From assembly GCF_009914755.1 (NCBI RefSeq), contig NC_060929.1: 64,000 nucleotides of DNA. The stretch is one strand, 5' to 3'. Below, one piece after another: positions 42,627-56,404 of the stretch (position 1 is its first letter; each line of letters begins with the position of its first letter). The notes beneath the pieces are model-generated. The model was not told the DNA's origin. It saw only the letters and a list, made by a program, of their open reading frames with translations, and searched no databases. The translations under genes and the position numbers were made by a program. Source of the DNA: the human T2T-CHM13v2.0 reference genome, Homo sapiens.

Positions 42627-42665
42627 TAGACTAGGGGAAGGGAGGCATACACAAACAATGAAAAC
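42577..42665. repeat. 41-bp-arm inverted repeat, 7-nt loop
   Basis: Arms 42577-42617 and 42625-42665; three mismatches. Confidence 0.96.
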
Positions 42666-42880
42666 ATAAGCGTATAGTGAAATAATCATGGCATTTGAAC
42701 GCAAACAGACTTCGCTTGAACAAATGACTGAAATTATCTGAGTCTCAGTTTCTTCATTTGTAAAAAGAGAGTGATAACATATAACTTACAGTGTAACTGT
42801 GAGGAAGAGTGAATGAAATAATAGGTAAAAGTTTCTTAGTTGGGGCTCTGGCATATCATGGGTATTCAATAAACATTGGC
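42666..42880 (+). mobile_element. MIR
   Basis: TCTGAGTCTCAGTTTCTTCATTTGTAAAA..TCAATAAACATTGG. Confidence 0.7.
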
Positions 42881-43844
42881 ACTCTTCTCTTTTGTGTTTA
42901 CATCACTGAAACTTGTAGTAGAGTTCCTTTTAGCTTATTAACTGTACAGTACTTCGTCAGGGTAAGTTAGTACATTTGAGAGGAAACTAGGAATATCTTC
43001 CCTTGTATTAATTTATTTAGAAAATATTTATAGAGCAACTACTATGTTGAAGACACTCTGAAAGGTGCTGGGGACATGACAGTGATCAACAGTCTCTGCT
43101 CTCATCGAGCCTGTATTAATGAAACTTTTAGGAGACCCTCTCTATGTTTGTCTCCAAATGAATGAGAAGTCTTCCATCTCATGTGACTTATGGAAATCAG
43201 CTGCAATACTTCAGAGCATAACTATTAAGAGTAGTAATCTTTTGCTTTCCTCACCTGTTGCTGACAGGGAGATTCTGTTAGGATTTGACTGCTGTTCATG
43301 GTAATGTGTGACCAAGGATCCTTGCCTGGGTCAAGGTCCATAAAGAAACCTAATGCCGGTGGCAACAGGTGCTGTCCTTTCCATTTGCCTCATTCCGTGA
43401 GGGTGTAGGCAAGCTACTAGATTCTTTCTAAGTTTCAGCAGAGTCAAAAGCTGTGTGAATTTTTCCCACAGCAATGACCAAGAGAAAATGTCTCCTCTTG
43501 CTTACATTCTCACAGAATGACTAGATGGTTTCATTTACATATTTTACAGAAACAATGTCTGAACACAAATGTCCTCTTCAGGGGGAAGTCATAAAGACAG
43601 CTAAGGATGAACTGAAGGTGAACACTTGTCTGTCTCAGCAGGGGAGCCTGTGAAATTCAAACAGGCTGCATTACTTTATGCTGATGTTGACTTGTTAGCT
43701 CAGAGACTCTTCAAAAGGAGTTAAAAGCCGCTGGAGATGAAGGAATATTTTTCACCTATATCCACAGAGACAAACACATTCCAGGAAGGGTACACAGTTA
43801 ACTGTGAATTCAAGACCATTTTTTCCTCGCAACGAGTCCAGATG

Positions 43845-45515
43845 ATTCAAAACTCTAGTCTTAAAATTGTGGAGTCATCCTGGACTCTTCTTTTTCTATC
43901 ACATTCCATCTCCATACTACAGGAAATCTTGCTGGCTTTGCCATAAAAATATGTCCAGAATCCAACTATTGCTCATCTCCTCCCAGTTTTCACACTGGTC
44001 CAAGTCCCCAGCATCTCCCACTTGAGTTATGGCAGGAGCCTACCATGAGACCATGTTTCCACCCTTGTCCCGAGGCAAGACATTCCCAATCCAGAATGGT
44101 CCATTTAAAACTTATTTCTGATCATTTCACTTATCCAATCTAAACCCTGCAATGACTTCTCATCTCACTCAGAGTAAAAGTCAATGTCCTGAGGATGGTC
44201 CACAGGCCTATTAGCTCCCGTGACCTACCTGGCCTCACCAATACAACCTTCTGGCTCACCCTCTTTGTCCACAGTAGACTCCAAGCCTGTTCTTCAAACA
44301 GGCCCTTCCGTGGATTCTTCCCTCTGCTTAGAACGCTGTCCCCCAGAGATCTCCATGGTGCACTTCCTCAGCTGCTTCTAGTCTTTACTCAAATGTTGCC
44401 TGCTCAGTGAGGCCCACCATGTCCATTCTAAGAAAACTGCAACCCACCCTCTGGAATGCTCAATATCCTTCCTTGCTATTTCTATTAAGACTTATTAGCT
44501 TCTTGGCCAATAAACACATACAAAAAAATGTTCCACATCACTAATCATCAGAGAAATGCAAATTAAAACAATGAGATAGCATCTCATACCAGTCAGAATG
44601 GCTATTACTAAAAAGTCTAAAAACAACAGATGTTGGTGAGGCTGTGGAGAAAAGGGAATCTTATACACTGTTGATGAGAATGTAAATTGGTTCAGCCATC
44701 ATGGAAAGCAGTTGGGAGATTTCTCAAAGAACTTAAAACAGAATTACCATTTGACCCAGAAATCCCATTACTGGGTATATATCCAGAAGAAAACAAATAG
44801 TTCTATCAAAAAGACACACACACTTGCATGTTCATCGCAGCACTATTTGCAATAGCAAAGACATGGAATCAACCCAGGTGCCTGTCAGTGGTGGATTGGA
44901 TAAAGAAAGTGTGGTACGTATACACCATGGAAAACTACACAGCCATGAGAAGAATGAAATGTCCTTTGGAGCAACATGGATGGAGCTGGAGGCCATTTCC
45001 TAAGCAAATTAATTCAAGAAAAGAAAACAAAATGCCACGTGTTCTCCCTTATAAGTGGGAACTAAACATTGGGTACACATGGACATAATGTGGCAACAAT
45101 AGACACAGGGGACCCCTAGAGCTCAGAGAGACGGAGGTGGGCAAGGGTTGAAAAACTATTGGATACTATGCTCAGCACCTTGATGATGGGATCATTTGTA
45201 CCCCAAACCTCAGCATCACACTATATACCCAGGTAACAAACCTGAACATGTACCCCCTGAATCTCAAATAAAAGTGAAAAATAAAATAAAAGAATAAATA
45301 AATTGAAAAAGACATATTGGCTTCTCATGTCATGTAAACTTTACTTATCTATTTTGTTTTTTTTTTTTTTTTTTTTTTGTCTGTTTTCTCCCACTAACCT
45401 GCAAACTCTACCTAGGCAGGGATTTGTTTTGTTTTGTTTTTCACTGTTGTATCCCCAGCACCTACAATAGCACCTGTTACACAGGAGGAGTTCAATACCT
45501 ATTTGTTGAATTAGT
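43845..45515 (+). mobile_element. L2a 3' part split by L1; own sequence ~43845-44503 and ~45310-45515
   Basis: CAAATGTTGCCTGCTCAGTGAGGCC; L2 terminus TTCACTGTTGTATCCCCAGCACCTA..TCAATACCTATTTGTTGAAT. Confidence 0.85.
44504..45308 (+). mobile_element. 5'-truncated L1PB-like element
   Basis: ORF2 C-terminus and 3'UTR CCCCAAACCTCAGCATCAC; 17-bp TSD AAGAC(T/A)TATT(A/G)GCTTCT at 44487-44503 / 45309-45325. Confidence 0.9.
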
Positions 45516-46629
45516 ATGTCATCTTTTCAGAAAGACACAGTTGCAGTCCAGAATGTAGAGTGAACAGGCATCAGGCCCTCTCTCCCTAGGCTCTTCCCAG
45601 GATGCAGAGAAATTCATAATTACGGGAGCCCAGCTGTGGGCTCAATCAAGCCTTCATGCCTGCTCGTCAGGGTGGGGGATCACTCACCGCTAATTATCCA
45701 GGGAAAAGACGGTTGAATTATGTATGGTATTGCTTGCAAAATGCAGCAATTTGCTTAAAATTGGTTAATGTGCGTGTTCAAGGGTATGGATCCTACACAA
45801 TTTTAGACTTCAGTCTTGTGGGAGTTTATAGGAAAATAGCTTTCAGATAGAAGGAAAAATGAGCTCCAAAATTCTCTGAAGAAATCATCTTTTTCCTCCT
45901 TATTTCCATTTGTTAACCCTGTAATGTGCCGATCAACTTTTGGGGAAAAAAGGATATTAAATCAAGATAAGAGATCAGTTTAAGTTATTCCAATGACATT
46001 AAAATTACTTCTAACTCTAACATTAAAATTGGGTACCGACTTAGAAACTTTAGCTTAAGTGTATTTTCTCTGGCATGACACAATTTTTTAGGTGTTCTGA
46101 AGGAAAAAAGGGTCCAGGCAGTATGTATTAAGTCTGTATGGGTCCAAAGTAAGAGTTGGAAATGTCTCTTTTTGTGCAATTAGCAGTCATATTATGAAAC
46201 TAAACTTAGAAAGAAGAAGAGGGTTCTAATTGCACAATTTGGTGTAGACTGCTAATCTCATGAAACACATTTTACTGGTGGGCTCATTGAACCTTGTTTT
46301 GATTATCCTAAAGCAAAGTAGAGAAACCCATTGCTAGCCTATGAAGCAAAGCTGCGTGTTTTCAAAGAGCACACTTGTGAAGGCAGGTAGGGCCCCTCTT
46401 CCACACCCACCAATGTGGCAACTGGTGAGAGTGGACAGCGCATTGTTAGTTGATAAAGTGATCATTTTTAAAAAGGAAAAAAGAAGACAGAAAGATACTG
46501 ACAAAGAAATTCGGAGGTTCTATGTAGATACACCAAGTTTTACTTCCCACAGAGACTCTGGCTTCTATATGTTTTATGTTGAGTTGAGTTTTAAGTTTCA
46601 TCATTAATAGAAACTTTGAAATAATAGCC

Positions 46630-46850
46630 ACGATTTATCTACTGCTTGCTAAGGGCCAGACATCAGGCTAAACATCTGTCTCATTTAACCCTCAAAATAA
46701 CTAGTATAATAGCTAGTTCTCCCATTCTGGAGATGAGAGAAATAAGATTTGGAGAAGTTAAATGATTTGCCTGAGATTATATACTAGAGCTGGTCTTGAG
46801 CTCAGAACTATTTATCTCTGAACTCTGTGCTTTTAAACATGATGCCTAAC
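46630..46850 (-). mobile_element. MIR
   Basis: TCTCATTTAACCCTCAAAATAAC..CCCATTCTGGAGATGAGAGAA..GTTAAATGATTTGCC. Confidence 0.7.
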
Positions 46851-46961
46851 ACATTGCTTCTTAACCTTATCAGATCCAACCTCTTTTCATAGCAAATATT
46901 TTATGTTCCTTTATTATTCTGAAGTCAAATTAATAGATATTACCGACTAACCTATACTTTT

Positions 46962-49002
46962 CCTGTTTTTGTTTTTTATTTATGTTTTTTTAATACTTTA
47001 AGTTCTGGGATACATGTGCAGAACATGCAGGTTTGTTACATAGATATACACGTGCCATGGTGGTTTGCTACACCTATAACCCGTCATCTACGCTAGGTAT
47101 TTCTCCTAATGCTATCCCTGTCCTAGCACCCCACCTCACAACAGGCCCCAGTGTGTTATATTCTCCTCCCTGTGTCCATGTATTCTCATTGTTCAGCTCC
47201 CACTTATGAGTGAGAATATGTGGTGTTTGGTTTTCTGTTCTTGTGTTAGTTTGTTGAGAATGATGGTTTTCAGCTTCATCGATGTCGCTGCAAAGGACGT
47301 GAACTCATTTTTTTTATGGCTGCATTGTATTCCATGGTGTATATGTGCCACATTTTCTTTATCCAGTCTATCATTGATGGGCATTTGGGTTGGTTCCAAG
47401 TCTTTGCTATTGTGAACAGTGCCCAATAAATATACATGTGCATGTGTCTTTATAGTAGAATGAGTTCTAATCTTTTGGCTATATATCCAGTAACGGGATT
47501 GCTGGGTCAAATGGTATTTCTTGTTTAAGATCCTTGAGGAATCACCCCACTGTCTTCCACAATGGTTGAACTAATTTACACTCCCACCAACAGTGTAAAA
47601 GCGTTCCTACTTCTCCACATCCTCTCCAGCATCTGTTGTTTCCTGACTTTTTAATGATTGCCATTCTAACTGGTGTGAGATGGTATCTCATGGTGGTTTT
47701 GATTTGCATTTCGCTAATGACCAGTGATGATGATCTTTTTATCATATGTTTGTTGGCCACACAAATGTCTTCTTTTGAGAAGTGGCTGTTCATATCCTTC
47801 GCCCACTTTTCGATGGGGTTGTTTTTTTCTTGTAAATTTGTTTAAGTTCCTTATAGATTCTGGATATTAACCCTTTGTCAGATGGATGGATTGCAAAAAT
47901 TTTCTCCCATTCTGTAGGTTGTATGTTCACTCTGATGATAGTTTCTTTTGCTGTGCAGAAGCTCTTTAGTTTAATTAGATCCCATTTGTCAATTTTGGCT
48001 TTTGTTGCCATCACTTTTGGTGTTTTAGTCATGAAGTCTTTGCCCATGCCTATGTCCTGAATGGTATTGCCTAGATTTTCTTCGGGGTTTTTACTGTTTT
48101 AGTTCTTACATCTAAGTCTTTAATCCATCTTGAGTTAATTTTTGTATAAGGTGTAAGGAAGGGGTCCAGTTTCAGTTTTCTGTATATGGCTAGCCAGTTT
48201 TCCCAACACCATTTATTAAATAGGGAATCATTTCCCCATTGCTTGTTTTTGTGAGGTTTGTTGAAGATCAGATGGTTGTAGATGTGTGGTGTTATTTCTG
48301 AGGCCTCTGTTCTGTTCTTTTGGTCTATATATCTGTTTTGGTACCAGTACCATGCTGTTTTGGTTACTGTAGCCTTGTAGTATAGTTTGAAGTCAGAGAG
48401 CATGATGCCTCCAGCTTTGTTCTTTTTACTTAGGATTGCCTTGGCTATACGGGCTCTTTTTTTGGTTCCATATGAAATGTAACGTAGATTTTTCTAGTTC
48501 TGTGAAGAAAGTCAGTGGTAGCTTGATGGGGATAGCATTGAATCTATAAATTACTTTAGGCAGTATGGCCATTTTCATGATATTGATTCTTCCTATCCAT
48601 AAGCATGGAATGTTTTTCCATTTGTTTGTGTCCTCTCTTATTTCTTTGAGCGGTGGTTTGTAGTTTTCCTTGAAGAGGTCCTTCACATCCCTTGTAGGTT
48701 GTATTCCTAGGTATTTTATTCTCTTTGAAGCAATTGTGAATGGGAGTTCACTCATAATTTGGCTCCCTGTTTGTCTATTATTGGTGTATAAGAATGCTTG
48801 TGATTTATGCACATTGATTTTGTATCCTGAGACTTTGCTGAAGTTGCTTATCAGCTTAAGGAGATTTTGGGCTGAGAAGATGGACTTTTCTAAATATACA
48901 ATCATGTCATCTGCAAACAGAGACAATTTGACTTCCTCTCTTCCTATTTGGATACGCTTTATTTCTTTCTGTTGCCTGATTGCCCTGCCCAGAACTTCCA
49001 AT
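46962..49002 (-). mobile_element. 5'-truncated L1 (L1PA7/8-like)
   Basis: T tail, TTTAAGTTCTGGGATACATGTGCAGAAC 3'UTR, ORF2 RT with FADD (ORF 48426..49073). Confidence 0.93.
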
Positions 49003-49449
49003 GAAAAGTACCCTAAACATAGTGAAAAGGAGAGATAAAAAGAAAGTAATTTATAAAAATAATGTATATTCAAGTATGTAAATAATCAAGCATGACCACA
49101 TTAGAAGATATAATAATGTCATCAGGCACTTGCATGTATGTGGAGAGTCATTATGAATGTAAATATTATGAGCAGTGTTGCCAGAGGCAACATGACTTTC
49201 TGAAATAGAAAACAATATTTGGTAAGGCTCTGCGAGAAACAAAGTGCAACTTTCCCTCCATTTATACAATAGTTGTATTCCTGGAAAATTTAATAAATAT
49301 AAAAGTCCATTTTTGTTGTTTATACATAAAGCATATTTTAGTTATAGAGGCTTAGATTGTGAATGCTAAGTGGGACTTCTGAATGTCAAAAAATGCAGCA
49401 CTTCTACCAGCTAAATGCCACTGGGGGCCTGCAAATTATTTTAACAGCC

Positions 49450-49710
49450 AAGAAGAAGGAAAGAAAGAGAGGATGAAAGAGAAAGAGAGAGAGAAAGGAA
49501 TGAGGAAAGGAAGGAAGGAAAGAAGGAAGGAAGGAAGAAAGAAAGAAAGAAAGAAGGAAAGAGAAAGAAAGAAAGGAAAAGAAAAGAAAGAAAGGAAAGG
49601 AAGAAAGAGAAAGAAGAAAGGAAAGAAAGAAGGAAAGAAAGAAAGAAAGAAATCTTTCTCTTTGAAAGAAGAAAGGAAAGAAAGAAAGAGAGAGAAAGAA
49701 AGAAAAACTA
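49450..49710. repeat. (GAAA/GGAA)n purine tract
   Basis: Direct read. Confidence 0.95.
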
Positions 49711-50354
49711 AAAGCTCAGCAGAAAGCCCCACTGCAAAATTTCAAAACACTCCTAAGGGGCAGTACCACTCCCATTAAGAACTACTGGCATAATTTAGAC
49801 TTTTAAGAGTTCAGACTACTGAAAGAAAAAAAAATTCTGTTTTCAGAAATTTCAGATCTCTGTGAAATTATATCAAAGCATTCTTGAATCACTCTTCAAC
49901 TTTGAATGTTCCATCTTTCCCACATATCCATTAAGATGAGGCAGACTAAACAGGCACACACAGGTTCTCCTAAGACTGAGTAAGGATGGGCACCCATTGA
50001 ATACTGCCACACACACACATGTGCGCACACACATGCATGGACACACACACACCCCCTAACATACACTCACACACCTTGCCCTTCACAGCTTAGGATGTTC
50101 TGCCTACTTGATCAGCTTAACTTAAGGTGCAAGTTACCAGATATAATTATACACACTCCAAAGTCATTGATTATTTCAATGTCTACGTTTACGACAGCCC
50201 ATCTGATTGATGTAGAAATTTCCTTTTTTAAAAAGCCTACATAAAGTAACAGAGAAACCAAAGATATACCTATAAACTTATATAGTTACAGCCTAGTTAA
50301 GGGACCACAGTTAAATACATTCCATTCTTTGCTCTTGGACACCGTAGAAGACAT

Positions 50355-50760
50355 AGTCATTGCCCATCCAATATTCCATATGATTCATATAATTTTCCAG
50401 TTTCCCTTGTAGTTAAGGTTGGGGTCATGTGAATACTTTTGGCTAAGGCTGTGTAGAGAAATGATATATATGTCACTTCTAGCATGGGTGCTTAACAAAG
50501 GCGTGAGTTCTTCATTCTCTGTTTTACTCTGCCACAGCAGATTAGAGAGCTGTTTCCTAGATGGCATAAGTTAGTGAAGTCTCCATCTCTGAGTAACCTT
50601 CACTAAATTGCATCATGAAATGACTTATGTGGAGCACAGTCCCCACTAACTCCCACTGGACATGTAGCATGAACAAAAAATAAAGCCAAACAAAAATAAA
50701 GCCCACTGAAATTTGGGACTTAACTGCCTACCTTAGCCTAGCCTAGCCTGTCTGATAGAT
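50355..50760 (+). mobile_element. Old MLT1 (H/I-like) LTR
   Basis: TTTTCCAGTTTCCCTTGTAGTTAAGGTTGGGGTCATGTGA..GGACATGTAGCATGA. Confidence 0.6.
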
Positions 50761-51289
50761 GCACTTTGTTAATAATTTAATGAGTAAGAAGGTGCTAGTA
50801 TCCTGGATCCTCTCTTCCCTACCCACAATGCCACTGCATCTTGCCTATCTTTAGTATAACCTATGCTTTTGAGTCAAATTCTGTGGGTAAACATTACAAT
50901 GGCCAATAAATCTGATTCTTAGAAATAATCTTAAATATATTATATATTTATGAACTAATTGTTTTCTCTGTTTTAAAAATCCCCTTAATTCATGTCATTT
51001 ATCATTAGCTTATGATGAAGGACAAAAGCACAATCAAACTATAAGAGAGGTAAGCTATTTTTAATGTATAATTGTCTGGAGAAATTTCCCAATAAAATTT
51101 AACAACATGCTCAACTAATTTACCCTGCGGCAAAATCATTTAAATATTTTTTACTCAAACTTTTAAAATGATTTTAATAATTACTTTTACAGAGAAGCTA
51201 GAGAATATATCATAAACAAACTATGTATAAAATTATTATAGTAAATCTTATTTTTATTTCCTTTTGAAGGTTGTTTTATCTTTGATATA

Positions 51290-51865
51290 TAAGACAGCAT
51301 GATCCAATGGAAAGAACATGGGTTTTGGAGTCTGTATTAAATGGGCTTTTAGAAAGTAAAGGAATTAGTTTCTTTATATACCTGAAAAAGTCCATGAATT
51401 CTCTGAGTTCAGGGATGTCTGGATTTTTAATTATAAAAGATATAATTAAGACTAGTCTCTCTCCATCTTTCATCTCTGCTTTCCACTGTGTGGGTGGCCC
51501 CATTCTTAGCATGCTCTCTTTGCTTTTGGAAGCACAAGGTTGCCAGCCATCATAGGAATTACACCCTCAAAATTCCAGTGCAGCAGAAAAAAGAGGAAGG
51601 TCTCCTTTTTTAATTTTCTAAAAAAAAAAAAAAAAAGCTGTGCAATTCTTTCTATAGGCTGTGGTTGTATCACATGACATTCCTGACCACTGTGCCCACT
51701 GCGACATAACAACCTGATGGACTCTACCTGGGTCCCAGACCAACCTGGAGAGGGGCAGTCAACCCAACCAAACCACATGGAATGAGGATGAGGAGGGAAT
51801 TGCTCCCCAAAGGGTCTCTCACCACAAGGGGGAGAATGTGAGAGAGCAAAAACATGTTTCCACTA
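51290..51865 (-). mobile_element. Old MLT1 (K-like) LTR
   Basis: TTCAGGGATGTC..TCTCTCTCCATCTTTCATCTCTGCTTTCC..TCACATGACATTCCTGACCA. Confidence 0.5.
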
Positions 51866-51869
51866 TAGA

Positions 51870-52122
51870 TTCAGATATTGAACTTGAAACCTCTCAGTAT
51901 CTTACTATCTCCATGGCCTTGTGTAAATTATTTATCCTTCCTGAGGCTGACATTTTTCATCTGTAAAATGGTATAAATGGTAAAGAATACCAGCTCTCCA
52001 GGGTTTGTGTGATGATGTAATGAGTAAAACAACATAAAGCATCCTATTCAATGTGGACTGCAGAAAGTAACATAAAGCATCTGATTCAATGTGGACTGCA
52101 GAGAGTACTCAATAAATGGTAC
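51870..52122 (+). mobile_element. MIR with 38-bp tandem duplication
   Basis: TTCATCTGTAAAATGG core; CTCAATAAATGGTA end. Confidence 0.75.
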
Positions 52123-52603
52123 TGTGAATCCAGTTCTCTTTGTGTAAAAGAACTGCATGAAACATTGTCCTTTCATAATTGCCATTATAGAAAACTTGGA
52201 GGCATGGCTTTCTTTTTGCTTCACTTCACTCAAAGAGGGAATCTCCTTTCCTTGCTCAGCAGGCAAAGGTGGTGCATGTCATTAATATCATTAAAATGCC
52301 ACCTGCGCTGTGCGTCAAAGCATCTGTGTTTGTTGTCATAATTTACCAACACTTCCACAGTAATTTCTTACTCATTATCAAAAAGTGAAGAGTTATATTT
52401 TACTTGATTATAAATATACCTTGTATAATTTCATCATGAAAAGATAAACATGACATTTGCCCTGGGCAATATTCATTGTCTCTTTTTCCATGGCTCCACT
52501 CAAGACTTCATCAGCTCTTAGCTTTACCTTCAGCATTGTTTTACTTTTCTACAGAATATGTACTCTGAGACCTAATGAGAAACTGCCATTCCACAGTGTC
52601 TAA

Positions 52604-52997
<394 letters not shown>

Positions 52998-53074
52998 TAG
53001 GTTAGCATTTCTTCTGAAACTTCATTATTTAACCAACACAAAAATCATTTTACAGCCACTTGTTTTTAGGCGTG

Positions 53075-53615
53075 TGTTTCCATCTTTTCCTGTTGGGGTG
53101 GATAAGAGGATAGGGGAAAGCTAAAATCCACCTCCCTCAAATTGACTTGCTGCTGTTTCTGTGTCTGATTGAGGTGCCAATCAGATGCATTCATGCAAGA
53201 TTTGGGAAGTGGCGGTAGGAAGAAAAACTACACTAATGCTGCTTCCACTATTTTTGCTACAAACACAGTTTGGGGGGATCATGATCCCACTGTCCTGTCA
53301 CAGGTTTCATGGGTTTTGAGAGGTGAGGCATGAGGCATCCATTTTGCTCATGCATGTGGTCACGGTGCCACAGCCTCATGATTTTAGAGTCCTGGTTGTG
53401 GCAGTGGCAGTGTTGTTCTGGAGCTGGTGGCTTCCTGATTGTAGAAAAGGCAGCAGATCCCTGGGTGGCCTGATTCTATAGTGTGGAAACTGATCCAAGA
53501 GTCTCTTTCTTCAGCCATCCCCATGATTCTGAAGCCATTTAATAGATCGTAATAATTTTCATCTTGATTAAATTAGTAATGGTGGACACTGTTCCCTGCA
53601 ACTTAACCCTCAAAT
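53075..53615 (+). mobile_element. ERVL LTR (LTR33-like)
   Basis: GGCAGTGGCAG..GGCTTCCTGATT..CCATGATTCTGAAGCCATTTAATA. Confidence 0.5.
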
Positions 53616-54479
53616 TTTATTAAAAATGTCTTCAGTTCTCTATTTATTTCATATGTCATATTTCAACTTGAGATAGTAATTGACTTATCTCTTTCCTAAA
53701 AAGTTAAGAAAATTTATCATATAATCATAATCACGGGCCTTTGTTTTCCTTCTAATTTCAAAAAGTCTTTTCTCCACAGACTTTTAAATTATACATGAAT
53801 AAACGTAAAGGGGTTTTTCAAGGGAAAAATAATAGAAACATCAGCATATTTTTGAAAAGGTGTTTTATAATGACATTGCTTAAAACAGAGATATGTGCAA
53901 GATATTGCTAAGATATTTGAATTTTTAAACCCAAATTTTACAACATATAAATTATAGAGAATGAGTCTACCATTTTTCAGGCCAATAGTTGATTTTTCAA
54001 TAATGTATCAATGGTAATAGGATATCTCCCTAAATGCCGCTATTTTAATGATGTAATTAAGTATGGAAAAGGCCAGAAGGAAGAGGTTGGGGAAGAATGT
54101 TAAGGAAAAATATTTGTTTAGACAAGAACTCCACGTATTTGTTCAAGGAAAAGAATCCTATGCGTACATGAACCCTAAGAGGTTTTAAAAGCTGACCATT
54201 GATTCCCTGAAGATTGGATTAAGCTTCACAAGTAAATTGGAGAAGTAAAACTACAGTTATTCTTTATACAGTGCTGGGTCGATATAAAACGTAACCTGAA
54301 ATGGGAAAATGATAAGAAATTCTAGAGGCTCTTATGGATTTCCAATCTGCAATAGGGATCCTTTTGAGTGTGGTATTAGGAGATCACCTTTTCACCTCCC
54401 TCCTGGGGAATTGTCCCAACTTCCTTGAGGAAAGGAGACTATGATAAAAAGAGAGAGAGAGAAAATAAAAACCCCTATC

Positions 54480-54830
54480 ATTGGAAAATCTAATCAACAG
54501 CCAGTTCACTGTTTCAGCTGTAGTACAGGAGGGAGAAAGAGAAGCATGTATGGAGTTCTGGAAGCCAAGAGAGTAGTTTCTAGGTGGTAGTACAAAGGTA
54601 CTGTATTTTCTAGAGAGAGCACTGGATGCAACAATTTGCTGACCATTTGGTGACCTCAGAGGAATTTTAATAGATTTTTGAGGGCAGAAACCAGAATTCA
54701 GTGGGTTGAGAAGTAAATGGAATTTGAGAAATGGAGACACTAAATGTATGTGCTCACCCTCCTTTTGAGAAGAGGAGTAAAAGAAAGACCGATGGGGCAG
54801 CAGCTTGAGCGTTGTACTGAGTATATTTTA
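54480..54830 (-). mobile_element. L2 fragment
   Basis: CATTTGGTGACCT..GGCAGAAACCAGAATTCAGTGGGTTGAGAAGTAAATGG. Confidence 0.6.
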
Positions 54831-55389
54831 GTACGTTCAGTGAAGAAGAGGTAATAAACCTTCAAACGTGATGAGGGTAAAAAGTATTTCTACAAGAGTA
54901 TTGCTCACCTCTTTTCCTTCTCTCTACCTACAGTGTCAAAATTGGATATTTCTTGCTTCATAGCTTCACCACTGCCACATATCTGGTCCTTATTCTATAA
55001 ATTGGGCTAATTGGTGAAAAAACCCAAGACTCTCGGATGAGAGATTTGTGTCTTGTACGCATGAATGAGAGAAAAAACATTAAAGAGGGAGAGGGGAAGA
55101 CAAGAAGGCCATACAATTGGGGAAAACTAACAAAATATTGGTAGAGAGGGAAGGGTAAGGAGGGAAGTTTAAAACAGTATAATACGAATGAAAGGGATTT
55201 TAATAAACATTGTCATGGATAATGAATTGGATGCTTTTGCGAATTCTTTGACGGATACGAGTAAATAGTGGAATTGCTCTAAGTGTTGAGTGATACTCAC
55301 ACTTGGCATGTCATTAGATTAAGTCTCTGGTAGTTGTCCAGTTACTAAGGTTATGTAGCAGCCCAAAACTTAATGACGTAAAACGATCA

Positions 55390-56404
55390 GGAGCCTACTG
55401 AGGCTGTGTGGGAATTATATTGTCAAAAAAACTCAGGTTTTAAAACCTTTCACTGTTACAGCTTTAAAACAGCCTTCGAGTCCCCAAGCTTGCATTAGCT
55501 CAAAGTGGGCTATATGGCTTTCTAGGCCTATTTTGGATGTGAGAATGGAAGAAGCTAGATATGGAAGAACTTCCTGAAGGGAAGAGCAGGGGCTGTGAAG
55601 AATAACGGACAAAGGAGTTCCTTGCAGAGTGTAGAGTCTGTGTCAAATCCATCTACACTGGGCACAAGATACTCTACAAATGTCTACGGAATTTCATCAT
55701 TGCTATGGACCAATGGCCATTGTATGTTTTCCATTCTTCACTTTTCTGGATGAGAGTTCTATTACAGTCATTCTGTCCGTGCTCTACTATTGTAGAGAAT
55801 GGGGGGCATAAAGTAGCAGAAAACCTGACTTTTTAGTTCATAGGTCGCATGATCATTCGAAGCCACATACAGATCTAACGGCGAGGGTAGCTCATCACCT
55901 GGAAATCCTGGACTTAGCACTGGAATCAGTAACTGAGCAGAACTTTTTATTGTCTCCCTCTCAGAGGTAGTGAATGTCTTCCCTTTGCAAGGACCTGATG
56001 GTTGGAGTGTGACTACGAAACAAGCCCATTCTTCCTTCTTCTAGGAACAGGCTAGGCTGTGTTTCTCAGCCTGCCTTGCAAGTGGGCACGGCCAGGTGAC
56101 TGCTTTTTTTCCAGTGGAATGTAAGTGGAAGTGCTGGGTGTCTCTTCTGGGACAAGATGGGTTAAGAAAGCAGGTGTGCTTTTTCCACCCTCTCTCTTTC
56201 CACATTGCTTACTGAAGGCAGAAGATTCTGACACACTAGGGAAGGCCAAGTCACAAGATGAAAAGAGATGATCTCTGAATGATTTTACTGAAGTCACCAA
56301 ACAGGAACACTAACATTGGACTAATAAGTGAGCAAGAAATAAAATTTTACTGCATCAGGTCACTACAATTTGAGGACTTACTAGTACAGCATTTAGTTAA
56401 TACA
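55390..56404 (+). mobile_element. MLT1 internal fragment plus MLT1H-like LTR (LTR ~56008-56404)
   Basis: TTTCTCAGCCTGCCTTGCAAGT..CCAGTGGAATGTAAGTGGAAGTG..GTGAGCAAGAAATAAA. Confidence 0.6.

Larger units (their letters stand above)
46852..49789 (+). mobile_element. hAT DNA transposon (MER63-like), split by L1 and a GA-rich tract
   Basis: Start ..TCTTAACCTTATCAGATCCAA..CAAATATTTT; end GGGGCAGTACCACTCCCATTAAGAACTACTG. Confidence 0.5.

Noticed and set aside
46956-49010. TACTTTTC / GAAAAGTA inverted match at the two ends of the L1
   Set aside because: Only 8 bp, and the right copy appears to be host transposon sequence.
49383-49778. K/E/R-rich 131-aa ORF and its F/S/L-rich antisense ORF
   Set aside because: Translation of the GAAA microsatellite.
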